DNA from: Bdellovibrionota bacterium | GTDB taxonomy: Bacteria; Bdellovibrionota_C; UBA2361; JBGSMV01 | NCBI GenBank assembly: GCA_041739995.1 | Contig: JBGSMV010000040.1 | Location: 96,211-160,210, forward strand | Direction of reading: 5' to 3' | DNA length: 64,000 nt | Made by a program: the position numbers and the translations under genes | Notes under the pieces: generated by a model | Told to the model about the DNA's origin: nothing | Database searches by the model: none | The model's input: the letters and a program-made list of their open reading frames with translations, nothing else | Part shown: one piece after another, positions 1 to 10,305 of the stretch | Position numbering within the stretch: position 1 is the stretch's first letter | Layout: every line of letters starts with the position of its first letter

Positions 1-1459
1 CGAAAGTGGTGACGCCGCTCTGATGATTCAAGGCATAGCCGGGTCAGGTAAAACCACTGTGGCCCTACACCGCCTGGCCTGGATGCTGGGCAAAGGCCCG
101 ATAGTCGACGGCGAAACTCTCAGCACAGAGCGATGCGCCGTCGTAGTCGCAAGCGTGCCGCTGAGAGAGTACGTCTCCCGCACCCTTCCGAACCTTGGAG
201 TGTCAGGAGTATCGACCACTACCTTAAGAGAGTGGCTGGGGCTCACCGTAGCCAGAGTATACCCTGCCCTACTGCGCCCGGTCGCCGAATTCCGCGAAGG
301 CACTTCGCTTGCTGATCGCATTGGTCGACCAAAAGGCGGCACACCACTTGGAATCGAGCGCGTAAAACGCTCGCTCGCTATGCTGAAAGCGCTTGAGCGC
401 AAGGTGTTAATGCTTTCCGAAGCACAGCGCGCGTCTGCGAATGCACGTAACTTGATTCTTGAGACTTTAAAAGATCCCGCTCAACTTCTGCCGGAAGATG
501 AAACCAAGCTCATCGACAAAGAAACGCTTGCTCGCGCGCATGCCCACACCTCTCAAAATGAAGCTGCTGGCGTATTGGACTATGCAGATGACGCGCTGAT
601 AGTCCGAGTCGAGCAGTTACTACACGGACGAGTATTCTTTAAGGAAGGCAAAGCAGGCCGTTACCAACACGTAGTAGCAGACGAAGTACAAGACTATAGC
701 CCCATAGATCTGGCCTGCATCATCGGCTCGGTAGCCGACGCGCGCGGGCTGACCCTAATAGGTGACACCAACCAAAAGCTTGACGAGAGCTCGTCTTTTG
801 CCGGCTGGGAAAAGCTACGCAAATTCTGGGCGTTCAAAGATTCCATGTCGACGTTCATGAGTCTGAACTTGAGTCAGCGCTCAACGCTGCAAATTCTAAA
901 ACTTGCAGACTACGTGCAGAACCGCCACGGCAGTCAGGCCAGTCAAGCAGTTGAGGGTCGCGTCGGACGTAAGCCAATTTGGTTTAAGTGCGGAAACGAA
1001 GAAGACGGAGTGATGTCTACGATCGACTGGATCACCCGCGGCGCTCAGAAATACCCTGGAGGCCTAAGTGCCGTGGTGTGCCGCAGTGTTGAATCTGCAC
1101 GTTACGTATACCAATTACTGCAACCGACCTTTGGACCACAACTGCGGCTTGGCGACGATCAATCTTTCTCGTTCAACGAAGGAATCATTGTCACCAGCGT
1201 CAATCAGGTTAAAGGCTTAGAATTCACCAACGTTTTGCTGTGGAACCCTTCCAGCAAGGACTACCCGCGCGACGATACCCATCGCAACATGCTCTACACT
1301 GTCATTACCCGCGCAGAAGAAAACCTGTGCATCGTCTCGTGGACCAAACCCTCAGACATACTCCCCTCTTTTGGATCACCTATCGTGCGCGGGCACGACT
1401 TGACCGTCACCGAGCCAGAGAACCCGCCGGAGAGAGACTCGCTACGCGCCGACGATTAG
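1..1459 (+). CDS. Superfamily 1 UvrD/HelD-like helicase/ATPase, C-terminal part (5' truncated by the window)
   Basis: Walker A GIAGSGKT followed by VALHRLAW, Walker B VADEVQD, IGDTNQ, QRST, VKGLEF and LYTVITRA motifs. The frame is open upstream of the ATG at 23. Confidence 0.85.
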   Translation, partial: ESGDAALMIQGIAGSGKTTVALHRLAWMLGKGPIVDGETLSTERCAVVVASVPLREYVSRTLPNLGVSGVSTTTLREWLGLTVARVYPALLRPVAEFREGTSLADRIGRPKGGTPLGIERVKRSLAMLKALERKVLMLSEAQRASANARNLILETLKDPAQLLPEDETKLIDKETLARAHAHTSQNEAAGVLDYADDALIVRVEQLLHGRVFFKEGKAGRYQHVVADEVQDYSPIDLACIIGSVADARGLTLIGDTNQKLDESSSFAGWEKLRKFWAFKDSMSTFMSLNLSQRSTLQILKLADYVQNRHGSQASQAVEGRVGRKPIWFKCGNEEDGVMSTIDWITRGAQKYPGGLSAVVCRSVESARYVYQLLQPTFGPQLRLGDDQSFSFNEGIIVTSVNQVKGLEFTNVLLWNPSSKDYPRDDTHRNMLYTVITRAEENLCIVSWTKPSDILPSFGSPIVRGHDLTVTEPENPPERDSLRADD

Positions 1460-1519
1460 GAAGCATCTTGGCAGCCCCGCAAGGCGCTCATATCCTACAT
1501 CATAGGTGAGGACATCTTT

Positions 1520-1595
1520 CTTTGTGTTCTGAGTAGTCTCCGTGGTGAATCAGGCCGCTTATTCCACCACTAAGACCACCAAGACCACTAAGGGG
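1520..1595. repeat. REP-like imperfect palindrome built from a 9-bp unit (ACCACnAAG)
   Basis: CACCACTAAGACCACCAAGACCACTAAGGG at about 1565-1594, with a degenerate inverted arm at 1520-1550. A near-identical reverse-complement copy lies at 12397-12426. Confidence 0.7.
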
Positions 1596-1610
1596 TTCGG
1601 GCGAGAGGCC

Positions 1611-1637
1611 TAAGTTTTCAGCCCGATCTTCCGATAC
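1611..1637 (+). promoter_or_regulatory. sigma28 (FliA)-like promoter
   Basis: TAAG-N15-TCCGATAC, about 40 nt upstream of the ATG at 1680. Compare the consensus TAAA-N15-GCCGATAA. Confidence 0.55.
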
Positions 1638-1679
1638 TCCATATAGCCGCAAGCGTCGCTTCGAGGAGCACTTGGTCTG

Positions 1680-2552
1680 ATGTCTTTCTTACCAGATCTT
1701 AATTCCCTACTCGTCACCATAGTCGTGAACGCCCTGCGCCTGCTACCCGTCGTCCTGCTGCTGGTGGTGGTCGAGCGCATCGTCAATAGAAAGCGCCATG
1801 CACCTCCTCATCATGCACAGCGTAACTACTCACACTTAAGCGCACGCACTGATTTCGGGTACCTGGCACTTACCTTGTTCTACGCGCCACTCGCCAGACA
1901 CTTTGGCACCTTGGTTTTCGGAAGCTTACTTGTGTACTGGAACGCCCTGCCGGCTTGGACTTCAGGCTTAGCCGCACTTCCAGTACTGGCTCAAGTCCTG
2001 GTTCTTCTGTTCTTTAGAGATGTTCTAATCTACGTGCGCCACAGACTTTTTCATGGGCGGCGCCTCTGGCCCTTTCACGCCGTTCATCATAGCTCAACTC
2101 AAGTGAACTGGCTTTCCACCGTGCGCTTTCACCCCGGAGAAGCACTGATAGAAGTTTCTATCAACCTACTGCTGTTTGCCGCGCTGATGCCCTCTCAGGA
2201 TGCGATTCTAATTAGCGCCACAGTGATGGGCTTCTACGACTACTTCATTCATTCCGATATTCCGTTGTCTTACGGATTTTTGAACTATGTGCTGGTGAGC
2301 CCGACATTCCACCGCTGGCACCACTCAACCGACAGCAAAGCACGCGACAAGAACTTTGCCGCAATGTTCTCTTGTCTGGATCTATTAGGCGGCACTTATT
2401 ACATGCCAAAAGATTGTGTACCTACCGAAACAGGGATTAAATCGCGTTCGGATATAGTGCCCGAATCACTTTGGGGACAGATGAAATACCCTTTCCTTCG
2501 ACATTCGGCCAAGCGGACGCCCACCCCTGCTAAGGAAACTTTAAAAAACTAG
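1680..2552 (+). CDS. Sterol desaturase / fatty acid hydroxylase family membrane protein
   Basis: His boxes HRLFH, HAVHH, FIHS and HRWHH, the KNFA motif and several TM segments. Confidence 0.9.
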   Translation: MSFLPDLNSLLVTIVVNALRLLPVVLLLVVVERIVNRKRHAPPHHAQRNYSHLSARTDFGYLALTLFYAPLARHFGTLVFGSLLVYWNALPAWTSGLAALPVLAQVLVLLFFRDVLIYVRHRLFHGRRLWPFHAVHHSSTQVNWLSTVRFHPGEALIEVSINLLLFAALMPSQDAILISATVMGFYDYFIHSDIPLSYGFLNYVLVSPTFHRWHHSTDSKARDKNFAAMFSCLDLLGGTYYMPKDCVPTETGIKSRSDIVPESLWGQMKYPFLRHSAKRTPTPAKETLKN

Positions 2553-2644
2553 CCCTTCATCGCCACCGTAGCTGCGTGTGGTGCTAGGTTTCCAGAATGC
2601 CGGCGTATTGCGGAAAGCCTTGGTTGTCGTTGCTGATCATTTAA

Positions 2645-2710
2645 TAACGCGGAGGACGCCGAGGTCTCGGAGAAGAGTCAATAGATCTTCTCTCCGTGAC
2701 CCCCGTGTTA
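2645..2710. repeat. REP-like palindrome with 9-bp periodic arms
   Basis: TAACGCGGAGGACGCCGAGGTCTCGGAGAAGAG ... CTTCTCTCCGTGACCCCCGTGTTA, lying between convergent genes. Confidence 0.55.
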
Positions 2711-2857
2711 AAAATTCCAAGCCAGAGAGCACGCTCATCCAGGTAAGCATCGCGTGCCCATGACCTGAGTTCTCAGACCCTTCACGCCATCTGGTTAATT
2801 TTCGTTTGCGGTAACCAGAAACCAGAAGGACAAAGAAGCTGGAACCATGGAGGTTCC

Positions 2858-4543
2858 CTAAGTAGCGAGCTTCTTGAATTTGATTCGTTTCGGTTCAACG
2901 GCTTCGGCCCCAAGGCGCAGCTTCTTATCCTCCTCGTAATCTTGGAAGTTGCCTTCCACCATTACCACCTTACTGTCCCCCTCAAAGGCTAGAATATGGG
3001 TACAGATTCTGTCTAAGAACCAACGATCATGGCTAATGACCAACACACAGCCCACGAAACGCATTAGCGCATCCTCAAGCGCTCGCAGAGTGTTCACATC
3101 CAAATCATTGGACGGCTCATCCAAGAGCAGCACGTTCCCTTCGGACTTAAGCAGCTTGGCAAGCTGCAAACGATTGCGCTCTCCGCCCGACAAGACAGAA
3201 ACTTTCTTCTGCTGATCCGATCCCGTAAAAGTAAAGCGCGCCAAATACGTTCTCGCGTTCACTTCACGTTTGCCGATTGCAATCATTTCGCTCTGATTAC
3301 CGTCGCATACTTCCTCGACCACCGTTCGGCTGCCGTCCAGCGTCTCGCGGTTTTGGTCTACGTAGGCCAGCTTCACCGTGTCTCCAAGACGCAGTTCTCC
3401 ACTGTCTGGCTTTTCAGCACCCACAAGCATTTTAAACAACGTTGATTTACCTGCGCCGTTGGGGCCGATAAGACCCACAATCGCACCGCGTGGAATATTG
3501 AAGGAAAAATCGTCTATCAAAACGCGATCGCCAAAGCCCTTGGTGAGACCCTTTCCTGTAATAACCACCTCGCCAAGACGAGGGCCTGGAGGAATGTAGA
3601 TTTCAACCTCTTCCATCTTCTCGGGCTGATCATCGGCGATTAACTGTTCATATGCATTGATACGCGCCTTTCCTTTGGCCTGTCTGGCACGCGGACTCAT
3701 GCGAATCCACTCAAGCTCTCGCTCAAGGGTTTTTTGGCGCTTCGTTTCCGAGCGCTCTTCTTGGGCAAGTCGCTTTTGTTTCTGCTCAAGCCACGAGGAG
3801 TAATTCCCTTCCCAAGGAATGCCATGTCCTCGGTCGAGTTCTAAAATCCAGCCGGCAATATTATCCAGAAAGTATCGATCATGGGTTACGGCCACGACGG
3901 TACCGGTAAACTGTTTAAGAAATTGCTCAAGCCACAGTACCGATTCAGCATCGAGATGGTTCGTAGGCTCGTCGAGCAACAGCATGTCTGGCTTTTGCAG
4001 CAGCAACTTACAGAGCGCCACACGCCTACGCTCTCCACCCGAAAGATGCTTCACTGCAGCGTCACCCGGTGGCAAGCGCAAGGATTCAGAAGCAAGCTCA
4101 ATGGTGCGATCAAGATCCCACCCATTTTGTACGTCAATGTGTTCTTGCACTTCCGCTTGGCGCTCAAGCAGCTTTTCCATTTTATCTGGGTCAAGGCTTG
4201 GGTCTCCAAGTGCCGTTGAAATATCCTCAAACTCTTTGAGGTACCCGACTATCTCTCCGAGACCTTCGAGCACATTACCGCGCACATCCTTTTCCTCATT
4301 CAACACTGGCTCCTGAGGAAGATACCCGATGGTGACGCCGTCGGCGGGCCTGGCTTCTCCTGAGAAGTCAGATTCGAGGCCGGCCATAATCTTGAGCAAG
4401 GTAGATTTTCCGGACCCGTTAAGTCCCAGTACCCCGATTTTGGCTCCATGAAAGAACGAAAGGCTGATATCACGAAGCACCTGCTTACTCGGCGGGTAGG
4501 TCTTCGATACTTTGTGCATTGAGAAAATGTACTTCTCGGTCAT
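2858..4543 (-). CDS. ettA: Energy-dependent translational throttle protein EttA (ABC-F)
   Basis: YIFSMHKVSK..DISLSFFHGAKIGVLGLNGSGKST N-terminus, two ABC domains, LEWIRMSPRARQAKGKAR linker, 561 aa. Confidence 0.97.
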   Translation of the reverse strand: MTEKYIFSMHKVSKTYPPSKQVLRDISLSFFHGAKIGVLGLNGSGKSTLLKIMAGLESDFSGEARPADGVTIGYLPQEPVLNEEKDVRGNVLEGLGEIVGYLKEFEDISTALGDPSLDPDKMEKLLERQAEVQEHIDVQNGWDLDRTIELASESLRLPPGDAAVKHLSGGERRRVALCKLLLQKPDMLLLDEPTNHLDAESVLWLEQFLKQFTGTVVAVTHDRYFLDNIAGWILELDRGHGIPWEGNYSSWLEQKQKRLAQEERSETKRQKTLERELEWIRMSPRARQAKGKARINAYEQLIADDQPEKMEEVEIYIPPGPRLGEVVITGKGLTKGFGDRVLIDDFSFNIPRGAIVGLIGPNGAGKSTLFKMLVGAEKPDSGELRLGDTVKLAYVDQNRETLDGSRTVVEEVCDGNQSEMIAIGKREVNARTYLARFTFTGSDQQKKVSVLSGGERNRLQLAKLLKSEGNVLLLDEPSNDLDVNTLRALEDALMRFVGCVLVISHDRWFLDRICTHILAFEGDSKVVMVEGNFQDYEEDKKLRLGAEAVEPKRIKFKKLAT

Positions 4544-4676
4544 AAAAATCTCCCTTAGCGTGGAACGCCGAGCCTAGCAGAAGGCGAGACGAACTGCGAG
4601 AAGGCCTGATATTTTGGCCGACTCAGCCGCACTTGACACCGGCAGCTCCGAAGAATTCGTTATTTTTTAGGGGAAG

Positions 4677-6629
4677 CTAAGACACAGGAACCAACCTTCG
4701 AACCGTGGCGATGAGGTGCGCACGATCAAAGGGCTTAGATATATATTCCGTCATTCCCGCTTCAAGACAGCGCTCACGATCCCCTTCCATGGCATGCGCG
4801 GTAAGCGCGATAATTGGAAGTGTGGCCACCTTCGAGTTCTCGCTGTCACGGATTCGGCGTGATGCCTCATATCCATCCAAGCACGGCATCTGACAATCCA
4901 TAAGAATGATATCAACCGGAACCTGAGCAAGCAGGGACAGCGCGCGCAGGCCATTCTCGGCAAGCACCACTTCGAAGCCTTCTTTCTCAAGTACGCGCTG
5001 CACGATTTTTTGGTTGATGGGATTATCTTCCGCCACCAGCACCCGCAGCACCCTATCGGGGGCCGAGGGCCTGCGAATCAATCGAACACCAGACTCACTG
5101 CGCGGGAGCGCGCCTTGCAGCTTAGCTTTTGCGACCTCAGCTTCCGAGGCAACAGACAACGGAAGCTTCAAACAGAAAGTACTGCCCTGTCCGACCTTGC
5201 TCTCCAGGGAGATTAATCCTCCCATTAAGGCCGCCAGGTTGGCCGAAATCGTCAACCCGAGACCTGTTCCCCCGTAGGTTCGCGTAACGGAGCTATCAGC
5301 CTGCACAAAAGCGTCAAAAATTCTTAGCTGCTGATCCCCAGGAATGCCGACGCCTGAATCAACCACTTCAAAAGAAAACATAGCGATATTTTGCTGCGGC
5401 ATGTCGCTGGAGATCTTCAAGCTTATCCTTCCGCCCTCAGGGGTAAACTTGAGAGCATTGCTGATGAGATTATTGAGAATCTGCCCAAGGCGATGGACAT
5501 CTCCCACCACAAATCGTGGCGCCCTTTCGTCGATCTCAATCGACAACTTCACACCACGCTGTTGAGCACTGGCTCCGAACAGACGAAAGAGCTTCTCGCA
5601 GGCCTCTTGGTTATCAAAGCACCCGTATTCTAGAATAATCTTGCCGGCTTCCATTTTTGAATGGTCAAGAATGTCGTTCACTAAATGTAACAGATGCTCG
5701 GCAGATTCTTTGACTGTAGATAATGCCTCTCGTTGCTCACTATCCATCACCTGATCAAGTGCCAGCGTAGTCATTCCAATAATTCCGTTCACCGGAGTTC
5801 GAACCTCGTGACTCATTTTTGCCAAGAACTCGCCCTTAGCGACTGTGGCTCTTTGCGCATCAGCCAGGGCAGCATCAAGCTCGTTATTCTTCGCGGCAAG
5901 CGCCACCTGCTGCTTGGATAGCTGCGTAGTAAGCGCTTCGCGACTCAAGCGGAACCGAATCGACTCGCGAAAAAGTGCGTGGATATTGCAGCCTGCACGG
6001 CTTAAGAACATCAAATAGACTAGAACGATCACCGAAGTTTCAACCCAACCAGTTGGCTGAGCGATCAACAAGACAGACGCCACTGATAGGAGAATCGGTG
6101 CGGCTACGAGAAAGAAAGAACTTAGAACATATGCGGTAGTTCCTAGGGCGCCCGCAGGAATTCCCGCGAGCAGAAACGCTAGATATAACTGACTGCCATC
6201 TGCCGGTTCCCACATTACGACGATCGGAAATGCTCCCCATAACAAACCAGAGAGCGACGAGAACAGCACCGCACGCCGCAACAATTCCCCAAATAGCCCC
6301 CATGCTTCCTCAGAGGGAGCACCCGGGGACGACATGCTCGCAAGGGCCTGGCTCTCCGCCGCGGTACGGCTAACGGCCAGGCGAAATAGGCATGTCGCGT
6401 ACATCAGGGAAGCCCAAACGATAAACGGAAATCTCTGTGGTCCGGCCAGAGCAATCGGAGCTACCAATGTGGCGAGGACGAGATTGCCAAGAATCGAGAG
6501 TGGAATATTTGCCAGCAAGCTGCGGCACAGTTCGAAATAAACTGCCGCCTCCCGTTCAGGAAGTACGCGGAAACCAAACCGCAATAATTTGAACTCCTCA
6601 CGGAGCGTAGTGCGCACAGAAGCCATCAC
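4677..6629 (-). CDS. Membrane hybrid sensor histidine kinase/response regulator
   Basis: TM N-terminus, H-box FLAKMSHEVRTP, NLISNALKFT, GGTGLGL and a receiver domain (AEDN..ILMDCQMP..KPF). The start is uncertain. Confidence 0.93.
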   Translation of the reverse strand: MMASVRTTLREEFKLLRFGFRVLPEREAAVYFELCRSLLANIPLSILGNLVLATLVAPIALAGPQRFPFIVWASLMYATCLFRLAVSRTAAESQALASMSSPGAPSEEAWGLFGELLRRAVLFSSLSGLLWGAFPIVVMWEPADGSQLYLAFLLAGIPAGALGTTAYVLSSFFLVAAPILLSVASVLLIAQPTGWVETSVIVLVYLMFLSRAGCNIHALFRESIRFRLSREALTTQLSKQQVALAAKNNELDAALADAQRATVAKGEFLAKMSHEVRTPVNGIIGMTTLALDQVMDSEQREALSTVKESAEHLLHLVNDILDHSKMEAGKIILEYGCFDNQEACEKLFRLFGASAQQRGVKLSIEIDERAPRFVVGDVHRLGQILNNLISNALKFTPEGGRISLKISSDMPQQNIAMFSFEVVDSGVGIPGDQQLRIFDAFVQADSSVTRTYGGTGLGLTISANLAALMGGLISLESKVGQGSTFCLKLPLSVASEAEVAKAKLQGALPRSESGVRLIRRPSAPDRVLRVLVAEDNPINQKIVQRVLEKEGFEVVLAENGLRALSLLAQVPVDIILMDCQMPCLDGYEASRRIRDSENSKVATLPIIALTAHAMEGDRERCLEAGMTEYISKPFDRAHLIATVRRLVPVS

Positions 6630-6635
6630 CGATTG

Positions 6636-6663
6636 GTATCGGCGAAACTCGCAGAAGAATTGA
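6636..6663 (-). promoter_or_regulatory. sigma28-like promoter
   Basis: Minus strand TCAA-N16-GCCGATAC directly upstream of the hybrid kinase. Confidence 0.5.
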
Positions 6664-6744
6664 CCTCTGATTAATGGCGAATAACGCCTGGCGATTCAAT
6701 CTGTTAGGTGCCCGAAGCAGCGAAGAGGCCGCCGAGCGGGAGTT

Positions 6745-7230
6745 CTATCGATCCTTGTCGCCTTCTTGAGACTCGAGAAGAAGTCTGCCGCGTTCGAAGT
6801 GCTGCCAAATTGCGCCCGCCAAAGCGATCACTCCAATGCCACTAATGAAAACAGAGAAAGCGATCAGCAGATAGTATAACGCTGCGGCTGAGGTGCCGTA
6901 CTGAGTGGCTACAAGGCCAACAACGCCAAACCCAAGCGCACATCCTAGGACCCATGCGAGTGCCAGGGTGAAGGAGCGCCGTACCCAGATAAAAGTCAGC
7001 GACAATAAGAACAACGCTACGCACAAGACCTGCCCAAGGAACGGAACAAACAAACCTACGCACAATGCAAAGGGCGCCACCAGTGCGGCCCCGCCTCCGA
7101 ACAAAAACAAGTCACGCCAAGGGGACACTTGAGCGGCACTGGCCGCCGAGGCCTTTCGGACCTCCTTTCGCCAGCTACGTTCAATATCGTTGAGCGAAAT
7201 TCCCATGGTAGTTCCCAAAGTATGCTCCAA
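6745..7230 (-). CDS. Hypothetical membrane protein
   Basis: 161 aa with about 4 hydrophobic segments. Confidence 0.7.
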   Translation of the reverse strand: MEHTLGTTMGISLNDIERSWRKEVRKASAASAAQVSPWRDLFLFGGGAALVAPFALCVGLFVPFLGQVLCVALFLLSLTFIWVRRSFTLALAWVLGCALGFGVVGLVATQYGTSAAALYYLLIAFSVFISGIGVIALAGAIWQHFERGRLLLESQEGDKDR

Positions 7231-7412
7231 TTAGTTTCAGTTTTAAGTCTTCCATTTCAATTTACTGAGACTGTGACGTCGCCCAGGCTGCTCTATCGTC
7301 CAATTCTAATGGGCCACAAGCAAGGGCGACCCCCTTCACCCTAGTCAGAGCATCCCACTTCGTGCGACACAATGGTGAAGGAATAGCCCTCTCTCCACAG
7401 ACCTCTAGCCCA

Positions 7413-7555
7413 CTAGCTTGCTGAGTCAGGAGCCCATTTAAGTATTTTTCTCGCTGTTCTCGCTGAACTCGTTGTGTAATTCATTAAATATATTCACAAA
7501 GAGGGCGGCGAGCGGGGCGAGGATTATTCATCGAACTATTACCTGAGAATACTAG
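7413..7555. mobile_element. MITE family A, copy 1 (143 bp, CTAG-bounded)
   Basis: Aligns end to end with the reverse complement of 38403-38545. Both are 143 bp with CTAG at each end. Confidence 0.85.
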
Positions 7556-7563
7556 AACGCGAA

Positions 7564-9132
7564 ATGAAATCTTCAGGTACTAAACACATTGAAGCCTCTG
7601 AGGGCTCAGCAAGCCGCTCACTTTTCATCGCGTTCTTAGTGCCTCTACTTGTTTGCACTTTTTACCTCACACTCAACTGGTCGGCATTGCTCACTTCCTG
7701 CGAAAAAGGCGCGGACCATGAACTCATGGGTATCTCCATAGAGCTGGCCAAACGCGGTGAAGCATTGACGGGAGCATACAGCCGCTTTGGCTTCAGACAC
7801 CCCGGCCCGGTCATGTCTTACTACTACGCACTGAGTGAGAGCGCCTGGAGCACATTAGCACCCGGAACCAGCACTCCGATGGGCATGCACTTGGTTGCTC
7901 AGGTGCTATTTAATATCGCCTGCCTGCTCGTGGTCGCTTATTGGTTCACGACCAATTTTCCAATTCTCCGTAGAGCAGGACTCTCATGCGCAGTCGTTCC
8001 AATTTCTTTTCTTGCCTGGTGGGGTGCAGGACGCACGTTTCTACACGACTACTGGAATCCCACCGTCACCATAGCTCCAATGATGGTGTTTCTTCTTTCA
8101 GGAGCAAGCTTGCTCGCCGGAAAACTCCGCTGGTTACCTTTCTTTTGTCTTTCAGGCGTGGTTCTGGTGCATAGCCATCTGAGCGCAGCGCCACTCGCAC
8201 TCATGGCCTGGGCAATCGTAATAGTTGGCAGCACTTTAAGAATTCGCGCCGAACACCGCAGTATACTTTCTGCACTTCGAAAATATAAGTTCTCTTGTTT
8301 GAGCGCTCTCGCTATCCTCTCACTCGGCCTAACTCCACCGTTGATTGAAGCACTTACGGTCCCTCAATTTGGGAATGTCGGAGCGATTGTCGCCTCACTC
8401 TCGAATGGAGTACCTTCGGGAAGCCTTAGTGCGGCGTTTCACTGGATCGGTGGATATTTTACTTTTCAACTTCCGATTCCGAAAGTTCTTGCCCTTCTTC
8501 TCTCATCCTTACTACTAGTACTCATCGCTGTTCGAACGCGCAACGAGTCGCGCTACGCAGCCATATTGTGCTTGTCCGTCATTATCGCCGCCCTACTCTC
8601 GGCTTCTCAGGTTCGTGGCCAGTGGGACCCCTACATTCTTCGAAGTATGCTGGGCGTCTCGGCAGTCTCATTGCTACTAGTATTTTTCTCGACCTGCACC
8701 GCTGTTTTCCGCCAAATCGAGGCATGTCCAAGTGGTCGAATCGGGATATTGACGCTCCTCTTTTCCGTCGCTTGCGGCTATGCACTTCTTCCAAAGCCAT
8801 TTACTCCGCGCGCGCAAAAGTGCGGGCGCATCGCAAAGCCATTCATCGATGCGCTGCAACCAAAGGCCACCGACTACTTCCGTTTGGAAATCAGCGACCA
8901 CGCGGCCTGGCCCTTCGCTGCTCCGTTTGGCCTATCATTGCTCCGCCATGGCGCAAGCTTTTGCGTCTCCGAAGAATGGCGTTATCTGTTTGATTCAGCA
9001 CTGGTGTGCCGCTCGTCATCAGATCAGCCTCGCCTACTAGTTGTTTATAGAGCGTTTCCGGATCCTCTTCCTGAGCGCCTACAGCAAATGCAATCGTTCA
9101 CTGGGCCAATCAATACTTTATTTTGGGAGTAA
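7564..9132 (+). CDS. Polytopic membrane protein, probable GT-C-type glycosyltransferase-like
   Basis: Many TM segments, an early loop with LTGAYSRFGFRHPGP and a DYWNP motif, typical of uncharacterised ArnT/PMT-like proteins. Confidence 0.6.
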   Translation: MKSSGTKHIEASEGSASRSLFIAFLVPLLVCTFYLTLNWSALLTSCEKGADHELMGISIELAKRGEALTGAYSRFGFRHPGPVMSYYYALSESAWSTLAPGTSTPMGMHLVAQVLFNIACLLVVAYWFTTNFPILRRAGLSCAVVPISFLAWWGAGRTFLHDYWNPTVTIAPMMVFLLSGASLLAGKLRWLPFFCLSGVVLVHSHLSAAPLALMAWAIVIVGSTLRIRAEHRSILSALRKYKFSCLSALAILSLGLTPPLIEALTVPQFGNVGAIVASLSNGVPSGSLSAAFHWIGGYFTFQLPIPKVLALLLSSLLLVLIAVRTRNESRYAAILCLSVIIAALLSASQVRGQWDPYILRSMLGVSAVSLLLVFFSTCTAVFRQIEACPSGRIGILTLLFSVACGYALLPKPFTPRAQKCGRIAKPFIDALQPKATDYFRLEISDHAAWPFAAPFGLSLLRHGASFCVSEEWRYLFDSALVCRSSSDQPRLLVVYRAFPDPLPERLQQMQSFTGPINTLFWE

Positions 9133-10305
9133 GTTATCCGCTGGATTTCTTAACGGCTTTCCCAAGGCCGTTCGTGCAATACTCGGGACCACCTGAACGC
9201 GCCGAATTCTTCCCGCACCAGAAACTCTCTCGTTGAAAACTGCGGCAAGTTGCTCACCGGTAGTTCTATCAACTGCAAGAAGCTCCACTGCGGCCCCGAG
9301 TCTTTCGTCGTCCACTATTTGCAGGCTCGCCTCAGTCACATAGGGCACCGCGAGCTGTGCCGCCACCAACTCCGCTTCAAGTTGTTGGCGTTCGACCAGT
9401 TCTCCACCAATTTTAAAAGCTTCTCCTACCCGACCATGCACCACCAAGCTCGCCACAATAGAACCTTCCATGGTCAGAGAGGCTCGGTCGCTACTGGTGA
9501 ACCAGCCGTCCTGTTTAGGATCCGAAAATTGATATTTTCCGCTCGCACCTGCTTCAAGATAACCCTCGAACATCGATGCCGCCCGCGCTTGAAGAATCTG
9601 GTCCACCCCGGTCCTCACCTCAACTTGATCAAGGGGCCGCATCACAGGAAAAACATCGTGTGTGAGAGATTCCAGTGATGCGGTGGCAATTTGAGAACCA
9701 GTCTCTGTCATTCCGTAGCTCGTCAGTACAGGCCACCCCAGAGCTCTTGCCGCGACAAAAAGCAGCGGGGCAAGCGCTTGGCCACCGATTACTAAAACTC
9801 TCAAATTCTTTGGCGCAGCGAACTTAGCTCGAACCAAATCAAACAACTGAGCGGGCACGAGAGAGCACAGAGTGGCCTGTGACGCATTCAAATCGTCGAC
9901 AAAGATGCGCGGATCCCATGCCGCTTGATTTCCCACCGTACGCACCATGCGCAACCCCGCTTCACGCGCACGGTACTGAATTCCGAGACCCCCTACGTGG
10001 AAATCCGGCAGAGCGCTTAACCACGCGTCTTCTGGCTGAACCTGCAAATGCTTGTTCACCGCGCACGCTGAGCGCCGCATACTGCTATCCGAGTGCACGA
10101 CGATTTTTGGCAAAGCACCTACCGCTCTGGTGGTGCCCGAACTGGCTATCCAAACCTTGTCGGTCCCCCCTTGCCTCTGCGTCATTTCGTGCAGCTTTGC
10201 CTGCACTTCTGAAGGGAGCCTTGGATCACACAAAAGCGCACTTCGTTGAGCGCCCGGCAAAATCGGCAAGGATCCGTGCGGCCCATCGTTAAAGACGAAA
10301 GTCAT
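9118..10305 (-). CDS. menE: O-succinylbenzoate-CoA ligase
   Basis: AMP-binding motifs SSGTT, LPDFHVGGL, SYGMTETGSQ and RTALGK; located in the men cluster. Confidence 0.88.
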   Translation of the reverse strand: MTFVFNDGPHGSLPILPGAQRSALLCDPRLPSEVQAKLHEMTQRQGGTDKVWIASSGTTRAVGALPKIVVHSDSSMRRSACAVNKHLQVQPEDAWLSALPDFHVGGLGIQYRAREAGLRMVRTVGNQAAWDPRIFVDDLNASQATLCSLVPAQLFDLVRAKFAAPKNLRVLVIGGQALAPLLFVAARALGWPVLTSYGMTETGSQIATASLESLTHDVFPVMRPLDQVEVRTGVDQILQARAASMFEGYLEAGASGKYQFSDPKQDGWFTSSDRASLTMEGSIVASLVVHGRVGEAFKIGGELVERQQLEAELVAAQLAVPYVTEASLQIVDDERLGAAVELLAVDRTTGEQLAAVFNERVSGAGRIRRVQVVPSIARTALGKPLRNPADNLLPK